A DNA stretch of 32,000 nt from Acaryochloris marina MBIC11017 (GTDB lineage Bacteria; Cyanobacteriota; Cyanobacteriia; Thermosynechococcales; Thermosynechococcaceae). Below the pieces are notes generated by a model. The model searched no databases. It saw only the letters and a program-made list of their open reading frames with translations, and was not told where the DNA came from. Location: NCBI RefSeq assembly GCF_000018105.1, contig NC_009926.1, forward strand, positions 240,001 to 272,000. The letters are read 5' to 3'. The translations under genes and the position numbers were made by a program. Each line of letters begins with the position of its first letter. Within the stretch, counting starts at the first letter, position 1. Below are positions 8,489 to 15,982 of the stretch, in pieces.

Positions 8489-10030
8489 ATGGGATGCATT
8501 TCTGCACAATTACCGGATATTTTTAATGTGGCGGCCTATTTCCTCGATGGCGAGGTCGCCCAGGAAAATAGTGAGCGAATTGCCCTGTTTTATCAAGAAG
8601 AAACCTACACCTACGGCCAGCTCCAGCAGTGGGTACAGCGGGCAGCGAGATCGCTGCTTATGGCGGGTATTGAACGAGAAAACCGGATTGCTCTGCTCCT
8701 GCCGGATTCCCCTGAACTCGTGTTTGCCTTTTGGGGAGCCATCTGGATGGGGGCGGTTCCTGTGCCAATCAATACTGCCTGTAGTGTCGATGAAGTTCGA
8801 TATATCTTACAGGACTCGCGAGCCAAACTGTTGGTGACAACCGAAGACTGGCAGGCTAAGTTATCCCCCATTACATCGCCCTTTTTGCAGCATACGTGGT
8901 TAAACACTGGAGAAACTCCCTTGTTATCCCAATTAGAGCAGTTGCCGGCAACTGCGATCACAGCCGCTACGTCTCGCGATGAACCTGCCTTCTGGCTTTA
9001 TACCTCCGGCAGCACCGGCAAGCCCAAAGGCGTGATTCATCTGCATCAAAGTATGGTGGTCTGTGTAGAACACTATGCCAAAACGACCTTAGGACTCCGC
9101 CGCGACGACATTACCTATTCAGTGGCGAACATTCCCTTTGCTTATGGATTAGGCAACACACTTTATATGCCGCTGGCTGTGGGGGCAGCAACGGTGCTAT
9201 CCGACGCCATCAATGCCTTCGACATCGTGGCCGACATTCAGCGCTACCAACCCACCGTATTCTTCGGCATTCCCAGCGTATACGCCAACCTCCTCGCCAT
9301 CCATGAGATCGAACCGCTTAACCCGGCTGGTTTGCGTCTCTGTGTCTCGGCAGCAGAGCAACTGCCTGAAAGTCTCTGGTATCAATGGCGGGCAACGCAT
9401 AACCAAGAGATTTACGAAGGGATTGGCACCACAGAGTTTTTGCATATCTTCCTTTCCAATCAACCCGGAGCTTGCAAACCAGGGACCTCGGGACGGCCCG
9501 TTGCTGGCTATGATGTGCGGGTGGTGGACGATGAGGGACACTCTTGTGCAGTGGCGGAAATCGGCAACCTAGTGGTCGGAGGAGAGAGCCTGATGGGGGG
9601 CTACTGGAATCATCTGCAAGCAACCCGACAGGCGATTCATGGGAGCACAATGCACACAGGAGATAAATATCAGTGCGATGCCGAGGGCTATTTCAAATTT
9701 ATGGGACGTAAGGACGACCTGTTTAAGGTGAATGGCCAGTGGGTTTCGCCGATGGAAATTGAGGATGTGTTGCACCAGCATCCCCAGGTACTAGAGGTAG
9801 CTGTGTTGCCTGAATCCCAGGCGGAGGAACGGCTTACCCAGGTGATCGCCTACATTACTCTCAAAGCCGGAAACCCTCCATCCCCAGAATTAGAAACCCA
9901 AATCTGTCGGTTTGCTAAACAGCATCTGCCCCATTTTAAGGCGCCTAAAACTGTTCAGTTTGTGGATGCCTTACCGCGCACGCCAACCGGAAAAATTCAT
10001 CGCAAATCGCTGGGTGTTGTGCATTCGTAA
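8489..10030 (+). CDS. Aryl-acid adenylating enzyme of the benzoate/4-hydroxybenzoate-CoA ligase type
   Basis: NVAAYFLD, FWLYTSGSTGKPKGVIHLHQS, GIGTTEFLHIFLSN, GTSGRPVAGY, GDKY...GRKDDLFKVNGQWVSPMEIE, PTGKIHR. Confidence 0.88.
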   Translation: MGCISAQLPDIFNVAAYFLDGEVAQENSERIALFYQEETYTYGQLQQWVQRAARSLLMAGIERENRIALLLPDSPELVFAFWGAIWMGAVPVPINTACSVDEVRYILQDSRAKLLVTTEDWQAKLSPITSPFLQHTWLNTGETPLLSQLEQLPATAITAATSRDEPAFWLYTSGSTGKPKGVIHLHQSMVVCVEHYAKTTLGLRRDDITYSVANIPFAYGLGNTLYMPLAVGAATVLSDAINAFDIVADIQRYQPTVFFGIPSVYANLLAIHEIEPLNPAGLRLCVSAAEQLPESLWYQWRATHNQEIYEGIGTTEFLHIFLSNQPGACKPGTSGRPVAGYDVRVVDDEGHSCAVAEIGNLVVGGESLMGGYWNHLQATRQAIHGSTMHTGDKYQCDAEGYFKFMGRKDDLFKVNGQWVSPMEIEDVLHQHPQVLEVAVLPESQAEERLTQVIAYITLKAGNPPSPELETQICRFAKQHLPHFKAPKTVQFVDALPRTPTGKIHRKSLGVVHS

Positions 10031-10071
10031 CGTCAGCACCTCGAAACATTTAAACCTATTGCAAGGAGATA

Positions 10072-11394
10072 TTGATGGTTACAGAATTGCACCCAACAAT
10101 CACCTATCAGGAAACATTTGTTCCAGGAAAAAGAAGCGAGATCGCAACTCTAAAATCCTGTTTGGATGCAGGACTCTTTTCCAATTACATGCTATACAAG
10201 AAAGATGGCGACGTTCGCATTGCAGGGAATGAACTGGCGACTATATCAGTCAGTCCAGATGTCATTCAGCTCCAGAGTCAGGGGCAGTCGCATACTGAAC
10301 CCGCCACCGATCCTTTTCAGCAAGTTGGCGCATTACTAAAGACATTAGCAATTAAAAATTGGACAGCCTATGGCTATGTTGCTTTCGATATGGCCAGATT
10401 CTATTCCTCCTATTCCAAATCGATACAGCAGCCGCTGCTTCACTTTCTAGTACCAGAAACCGAACTGCAATTTACCCATGCAGGGGTTCATGTTAAGCGG
10501 GTAGGCTTACTCGATCCACTGCTAAAGATTTTGGAAAGCGATCGCTCCCTCGCTGATTACCAGCCAATTCCGCTGGAGCAAGATGCTGCTGATTGCGAGC
10601 CCTATTCCCACAAAATCAAGACTCTAATCGCGGCCATCCAACAGAATGAATTGCACAAAGCCATTATCTCTCGTTCAAAAAAGCTGACTGGTGATTTAGA
10701 TTTAATCGGCACCTATGCTGTGGGAGTAAAGAACAATAATTCGGCTCGTTCCTATTGCTTTAAGCTGGCAGATGTAGGTGCTGTAGGCTTTAGCCCTGAG
10801 ATTTTGATGGAGGTCAATCAGGCGGGAATGCTAGTGACCAATCCCCTGGCTGCTACTCGCCCTCGTGGAAAAGATCATGAGGCAGATCAGCAGTTAGAGA
10901 ACGAGCTATTTACTGATGCAAAAGAGGTCAAAGAACATGCGCTTTCTATTTGGCTTGCTCAAAGTGAATTAGACTCTGTCTGCATACCTCAGACGGTGAA
11001 AGTGTTTAACTTTATGGAAGTCAAAAAGTATCGGTGTGTACAGCACTTGTCCTCGCGAGTAGGCGGACAACTGCAAACAGGTAAAACGCTTTGGGATGCC
11101 TTGAAAGTTATATTTCCGGGGGTCACTGTGACGGGCATTAATAAATCTCAGGCACTCGATTGGATCGACCAGCTAGAGAGTGAGCCACGCGGTATTTATG
11201 CAGGTGGTATTGGTTGGGTGGACAGCAAGGGAATGGCGGATTTAGCGATAGCAATTCGCTCGGTCTATCAGTATTGCAACACCATCTGCCTTAACGCTGG
11301 AGCCGGAATCGTGGCTGAATCCAATACGCAAAACGAGTATGTGGAATCAGTCAACAAAATGAACACAATGCTGACCAGTTTAGTCTTGAAATGA
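10072..11394 (+). CDS. Salicylate synthase-like chorismate-utilising enzyme (Irp9/MbtI type)
   Basis: KAIISR, GFSPEILM, NPLAATRPRG, KEVKEHALSI, VQHLSS, IFPGVTVTGINK, PRGIYAGGIGW, AIAIRSVYQ, GAGIVAES. At 440 aa it matches Irp9/MbtI in length. AAGGAGA RBS at 10063-10069; TTG at 10072 or ATG at 10075. Confidence 0.8.
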   Translation: MMVTELHPTITYQETFVPGKRSEIATLKSCLDAGLFSNYMLYKKDGDVRIAGNELATISVSPDVIQLQSQGQSHTEPATDPFQQVGALLKTLAIKNWTAYGYVAFDMARFYSSYSKSIQQPLLHFLVPETELQFTHAGVHVKRVGLLDPLLKILESDRSLADYQPIPLEQDAADCEPYSHKIKTLIAAIQQNELHKAIISRSKKLTGDLDLIGTYAVGVKNNNSARSYCFKLADVGAVGFSPEILMEVNQAGMLVTNPLAATRPRGKDHEADQQLENELFTDAKEVKEHALSIWLAQSELDSVCIPQTVKVFNFMEVKKYRCVQHLSSRVGGQLQTGKTLWDALKVIFPGVTVTGINKSQALDWIDQLESEPRGIYAGGIGWVDSKGMADLAIAIRSVYQYCNTICLNAGAGIVAESNTQNEYVESVNKMNTMLTSLVLK

Positions 11395-11403
11395 CTGACT
11401 GAA

Positions 11404-11844
11404 ATGAACCAGCCAACTCATCAGCATGAAGCTCCCTATCGACAGGGCTTACATATTGTCAAAACTGCTTGGATTGAAGCTTGCTTAGCTCAATCAGGTG
11501 AGCAGTTTGAACAGCAGTACTTTTCCATCGCAGAACGGCATCGGACCCAGATCCGAGCGCCCTATGCTCAATATCTGGCGGGCCGTTTTGCTGCCAAAGC
11601 CACAATCCTACAAATTCTCCACATTCAACTTGAGACCTTTGATCGATGGCACGACATTGAGATTAAAAATTGGCCTCATGGTGAACCCTTTGTGACGCTT
11701 GATGGCTACTGTCAAAAATTGGCCGCCGATCTTCACCTTAACAACTGGCTACTGAGCATCAGCCATATATCAACCTATGCAGCAGCCAGTGTGATCGCAC
11801 GGCTAAAAAGTCCGTTTCACAAAGAAAAAAGTCCGTTTCGCTAA
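11404..11844 (+). CDS. AcpS-like protein with substituted catalytic residues (probable pseudo-PPTase or neofunctionalised paralogue)
   Basis: Clear AcpS scaffold: YLAGRFAAK, DIEIKN..HGEPFV, LLSISHISTYAAASVIA. However, GxD is GLH, KEA is KAT and GKP is GEP. The last 12 codons are encoded by a 2 x 21-bp DNA repeat. Confidence 0.7.
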   Translation: MNQPTHQHEAPYRQGLHIVKTAWIEACLAQSGEQFEQQYFSIAERHRTQIRAPYAQYLAGRFAAKATILQILHIQLETFDRWHDIEIKNWPHGEPFVTLDGYCQKLAADLHLNNWLLSISHISTYAAASVIARLKSPFHKEKSPFR

Positions 11845-11848
11845 GAAA
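11807..11848 (+). repeat. Tandem 2 x 21-bp direct repeat (site B)
   Basis: AAAGTCCGTTTCACAAAGAAA followed by AAAGTCCGTTTCGCTAAGAAA. It spans the stop codon of the AcpS-like ORF, 24 nt before the next ORF. Confidence 0.9.
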
Positions 11849-11871
11849 TTGGCAGAGTGTAATGATTACAC

Positions 11872-12999
11872 TTGATAGATCGCTTTGATAAATCTTTCGC
11901 CTATAGTCTCCCTGTGAATTTCATCCGCCCTCAACTCTTTAATGACTGTCAAATTTGTTCAGTCATTTCTAAATCCAATGGTGAAGATCCTATTGGGAGT
12001 GCTCATCCCTGTGATATCTGGATAATGGTCGAGATTTCATTGCCTTGGACAGAAGAACGGTTGATGACGGAACCGATTCTAAGACAACTTTACCAGTTGT
12101 TTCATGACTACTACGATGCCGATGAACAACCATTTCAGATGATGCCAATGGTTATTGCGCCTGACCATAACTATTCTGTTCCCGAGTACACGCGTGTCTT
12201 GCTTTTCCAGCGCCCAGCTCCATTCTTTGCCCAGTTCAACAAACAGGAATTCCTCCTTCCTTTTGAGCAGCTTCCCCATTTGATGCAAACCGCTCTCACC
12301 CAGCCCAGCAATCTCAAAACTTTTGACTGCTATAAACAGCCGACTTCGTTGACCCGCGATCTCTTTGTTTGTACCCACGGAAATGTCGATGTGGCCTGCG
12401 CCCGCTTTGGTACTCCAGTCTATTTTGAACTTCGAAAATATTGTGGGAAAACCGAAGGCGATGGAAAATTTTCTCTAAAATCCAAAATCCAAAATCCAAA
12501 ATCTTTCTACTCCCCACCTTCCTCTAACTCCTCCACCCTCCGTGTCTGGCGCTGTTCTCATTTTGGTGGCCATCAGTTTGCGCCAACCCTGGTGGACTTG
12601 CCTACTGGCCAAGTCTGGGGACATCTGGAGATGGAGATGCTCGACACGCTAATACAGCGGCATCGTCCCGTTACGGAATTGCGGCGATTTTATCGGGGCT
12701 GGTCAGGTCTGCCTCAGTATGCCCAAATTTTGGAACGTGAAGTCTGGATGCAGCAGGGATGGGACTGGCTGGCTTACAACAAATTGGGGCACATCATGGC
12801 TCAAGATACTGATCATGAAAAATGGGACGCGGACTGGGCCGACGTGCGCCTAGAGTTTGCCTCGCCGGATGGTCTCGTTAAAGGAGCGTATGAGGCAAGG
12901 GTGGAAGTGACTGGTTCAGTATTGACAGTCTGGAATTCCGGTGAGAAGCCGGAAGCGGTGAAGCAGTACAGCATCAACCAGTTAATCTGTGTTGCGTAG
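11872..12999 (+). CDS. Sucrase/ferredoxin-like (thioredoxin-like [2Fe-2S]-type) family protein
   Basis: LFVCTHGNVDVACARFG and RCSHFGGHQFAPT motifs are typical of the Suc_Fer-like family. TTG start as given by the ORF track; start uncertain. Confidence 0.7.
   Translation: MIDRFDKSFAYSLPVNFIRPQLFNDCQICSVISKSNGEDPIGSAHPCDIWIMVEISLPWTEERLMTEPILRQLYQLFHDYYDADEQPFQMMPMVIAPDHNYSVPEYTRVLLFQRPAPFFAQFNKQEFLLPFEQLPHLMQTALTQPSNLKTFDCYKQPTSLTRDLFVCTHGNVDVACARFGTPVYFELRKYCGKTEGDGKFSLKSKIQNPKSFYSPPSSNSSTLRVWRCSHFGGHQFAPTLVDLPTGQVWGHLEMEMLDTLIQRHRPVTELRRFYRGWSGLPQYAQILEREVWMQQGWDWLAYNKLGHIMAQDTDHEKWDADWADVRLEFASPDGLVKGAYEARVEVTGSVLTVWNSGEKPEAVKQYSINQLICVA
12477..12503 (+). repeat. Heptanucleotide tandem repeat (AAAATCC) x 3.9 inside the Suc_Fer-like CDS
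   Basis: aaaatcc aaaatcc aaaatcc aaaatc read directly from the sequence; it encodes KSKIQNPKS. Confidence 0.95.
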
Positions 13000-13017
13000 C
13001 AATGGGTTAATTCTAGC

Positions 13018-14367
13018 GTGCGTACTTTCATCTTTCTCTGGCTAGGACAACTGTCTTCTTCGGTTGGCAGCAGCATGACCTATTTTGCGCTCAACCTTTG
13101 GATATGGCAGCAAACTCAGTCGGCAACATCGATTGCTCTCATCTTAGTCTTTTATCAATTGCCTCAAATTGTGATCGCTCCCCTTTCTGGTCTGCTGGCA
13201 GATCGTGTTTCTCGTAAACGCCTGCTGATTTTTAGCGATACGGCATCCGCTTACTGCACCCTTGCCGTGGGCATACTGGCCGCTTTCCAAATTCTGAAGC
13301 TTTGGCATGTCTACCTGATTGCGGCAGCGATTGGCTGCTTTGGGAACATTCAAGCACTCACCTATTCAACTCTGATTCCCCTGATTGTCCACAAACAGCA
13401 TCATACGCGGGCTAGTAGCATGGGAGCCATGGTGGGTTATGGAGCCGATATTTTTTCCCCTGCCCTCGCTGGACTCCTGTATCCACTCATTGGACTCCTA
13501 GGAATTACCTTGATTGACATGAGTACATTTGCGATCGCGATTTTTACCCTAGTGTTAGTGCCAATTCCAGCAATCGAGAAAGTTAACAAACATAACGACG
13601 AACAACGATTGGCTTTCCCAAGTGTTGAGGGAGCAAAACGGAAAATTTGGCGTGAAGTGACGTTTGGGTTTCGCTACATTGCCTCACAACCAAGCTTATT
13701 AACAATGGTTATCACCATTTCCATCTTCGCTTTTCTCCATCAGCTTGGTGAAACGCTCTATCAACCGATGATTTTAGCCCGCACGGGTGGCAACACTCAG
13801 GTCTTAGGCTTGATCGTCGCTGCCTCCGGACTCGGAGGAGTGTTCGGGGCAATTATCTTGAGTATTTGGGGTGGGTTCCGGCGGCGAATATCTGGCATAT
13901 TGGTCGGATTTATTGGAACAGGCGTGAGCAATCTCATTCTGGGACTTGGACATTTCCCTGGACTCTGGGCGGTGGCTCGGTTTGGGTCATCACTCCATAA
14001 TCCACTCGTTATGAGTTCTTACATGGCTGTCTGGTATGCCAAAATTGCCCCAGAACACCAAGGACGTATCTTCGCTGCTGACTATCTGGTGGGAATTGTG
14101 ATTGAATCTACTGCGGGTTTGAGTGCGGGGTTATTAGCTGATCGCTTACTCGAACCTGCCCTGCAGTCTGGTGAATGGATGGCTTTACATTTAGGGGGAT
14201 GGATTGGAACAGGCCCCGGAAGTGGTATGGCATTGTTAATCACGATGAGCGGGATGGGTACGGTACTGATTGGCATTATAGGATTCAAGATTCCACAGTT
14301 GCGAGATGTCGAAACACTCTTAGCCGACCATGACTCTATTGGGGATAAACACACTGCTACTAATTAA
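13018..14367 (+). CDS. MFS transporter, EntS-like (MFS_3) putative metabolite/siderophore exporter
   Basis: N-terminus FIFLWLGQLSSSVGSSMTYFALNLWIW, LADRVSRKRLLIF loop motif, and roughly 12 hydrophobic segments. Last gene of the + strand operon. Confidence 0.85.
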   Translation: MRTFIFLWLGQLSSSVGSSMTYFALNLWIWQQTQSATSIALILVFYQLPQIVIAPLSGLLADRVSRKRLLIFSDTASAYCTLAVGILAAFQILKLWHVYLIAAAIGCFGNIQALTYSTLIPLIVHKQHHTRASSMGAMVGYGADIFSPALAGLLYPLIGLLGITLIDMSTFAIAIFTLVLVPIPAIEKVNKHNDEQRLAFPSVEGAKRKIWREVTFGFRYIASQPSLLTMVITISIFAFLHQLGETLYQPMILARTGGNTQVLGLIVAASGLGGVFGAIILSIWGGFRRRISGILVGFIGTGVSNLILGLGHFPGLWAVARFGSSLHNPLVMSSYMAVWYAKIAPEHQGRIFAADYLVGIVIESTAGLSAGLLADRLLEPALQSGEWMALHLGGWIGTGPGSGMALLITMSGMGTVLIGIIGFKIPQLRDVETLLADHDSIGDKHTATN

Positions 14368-14589
14368 TTCCTGGTATATGGGGTCGCTCTTCATGGATTA
14401 CAGGGATTAACTTGAGAAATATTCTAAAAGAGCTGGAAGTAGCCCTTTCCCCCCCCTGATAGAGGACTTGGTTGGGACGTAATCGTAAGAGTTGGTTAAA
14501 AGGTGTCTCTGACCCCTATTTGAGAAAGTGGGCATAGCTATACTATCTGCCAAAAAGTAAATCGGACCCGCCAGATGGACGCATACTTG

Positions 14590-14610
14590 CTGCTGTTGAG
14601 TAGCAGTTTT
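14590..14610 (+). terminator. Weak hairpin plus T-tract about 230 nt after the MFS gene
   Basis: CTGCT-gttgagt-AGCAG followed by TTTT. The stem is only 5 bp. Confidence 0.25.
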
Positions 14611-15034
14611 CTCTAGTGGAGTCTCAAAACTGGTGATGCGTTCACAGCTAAGGGCAATGCCCAACTCTCTTGGGCTTTAGGAATCCAGGTAATGCTGCTG
14701 TACCCTTACCCAAAGCGACAGTGTACTAACAAGCCGATTTAGACTCTGTTCGAAAACTTGAAAGCATTATATAGAAAGTCTTTCAAACTTCATCTAAGCT
14801 CCAATTCCAGATTTTGAGGATGAAATCTGGAATTAAAATCGCCAATCGAATTTAGTCACCTGCCTGTATGATTTGGTGATATGTGTCAGCACGAGATCCA
14901 GTTAGGAAAAAGGTTATCGAGCGAACCTGGAACAACCTAACCAGCGTGTCTGGCTGGTAAGCGGGCTTGTTGCTCATTCCTACTATTCTCTAACTTATGG
15001 ATCTATTTGGGATAACAATTATTATCCGTTTTGC

Positions 15035-15062
15035 TTGCAAAATTTACTAATGCAAGTACAAT
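15035..15062 (+). promoter_or_regulatory. Candidate sigma70-type promoter of parA-parB
   Basis: TTGCAA (15035-15040), 16-nt spacer, TACAAT (15057-15062). The 22-bp palindrome begins 10 nt downstream. Confidence 0.4.
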
Positions 15063-15071
15063 TGGCTGAGT

Positions 15072-15093
15072 TGAACCACAACGATGTGGTTCA
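15072..15093. promoter_or_regulatory. parS-like palindrome copy 1 (one mismatch), between promoter and parA
   Basis: TGAACCACAACGATGTGGTTCA. Confidence 0.55.
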
Positions 15094-15154
15094 TAAGAAG
15101 ACTTTCAGAACCAGCAATCTAGTTCAGTGACAAAATTAGTTAATTGAGATTCAG

Positions 15155-15982
15155 ATGGCAAAAATACTTGCGTTTTTTAACCACGCAGGAGGGGTGGGTA
15201 AAACTACCTTAGTACAACAGGTTGGTTATCATCTTTCTCAATGCAAGAGAAGAGTAAAGGGTAAACGAAGTAGAAAAAAGGGTGACTACTATCGAATACT
15301 GCTTGTTGATATGGACCCTCAAGCTTCATTAACAACATTTATGGGGATTGAACCCTACGATCAAGAGAAAACTATATATAATGCCATTCTCAAAGACGAA
15401 GAATTACCTATTCTAAATGCTTTGTATGCAGGTCAGGGAATGGAGGATAGCAATGGATTGGATCTGGTGGCATCAAATTTGGGCTTAGCTATAGCTGAGC
15501 AAGAACTAATGACAGCAGTTATGAAAGACTTTAGGCTGAGGGACTCATTAGAACCAATTAAAGAAGAATATGATTTTATATTGATTGACTGCCCGCCAAG
15601 TCTTGGCAACCTAACTTATATCTCTCTTGTAGCTGCTACTCACTTACTTGTACCCATTCAATCTCAGTACAAGGCATTTAAGGGTGTCCAGCCCCTCTTT
15701 GACACTGTTAGATTGGTCTCTGCCCGTCCTAATAAGTCACTCAAAATTGCTGGTTTTATTCCTACGATGTATGACCAAAGAAATTCTCATGATGAAAGAA
15801 CATTAGCTGCAATTCAGCAACAACTAACACCTGTAGCCAAAGTTTTTTCTCCGATTCCAAGAACTACTACATTTGCTGATGCATCCGAAGAAAATCTTCC
15901 ACTTGCATTGTTTGATAACAAGCATCCTGCCTTGGAACCCATCAAAGTACTTGCAGAACAGTTAGAGAGTTTAGCGCTATGA
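15155..15982 (+). CDS. parA: ParA-family partition ATPase (Walker A lacks the signature lysine)
   Basis: FFNHAGGVGKTT Walker A, LLVDMDPQASLT, ILIDCPPSLG. The stop overlaps the parB start (ATGA). Confidence 0.88.
   Translation: MAKILAFFNHAGGVGKTTLVQQVGYHLSQCKRRVKGKRSRKKGDYYRILLVDMDPQASLTTFMGIEPYDQEKTIYNAILKDEELPILNALYAGQGMEDSNGLDLVASNLGLAIAEQELMTAVMKDFRLRDSLEPIKEEYDFILIDCPPSLGNLTYISLVAATHLLVPIQSQYKAFKGVQPLFDTVRLVSARPNKSLKIAGFIPTMYDQRNSHDERTLAAIQQQLTPVAKVFSPIPRTTTFADASEENLPLALFDNKHPALEPIKVLAEQLESLAL

Noticed and set aside
8406-8837. 143-aa ORF overlapping the PPTase end and the ligase start
   Set aside because: It is out of frame with two motif-supported genes and has no motifs of its own.
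14407-14664. 85-aa ORF on the minus strand in the gap after the MFS gene
   Set aside because: It has no recognisable motif, no RBS context and a low-complexity stretch (QQQQ). It lies in an otherwise non-coding region, so I treat it as non-coding.
15010-15020. GGATAACAATT, an 11-nt match to the E. coli lac operator core
   Set aside because: It is a short AT-rich match with no lacI-like gene present. It is more simply part of the local hairpin GGATAA-caatta-TTATCC, and I judge the match coincidental.
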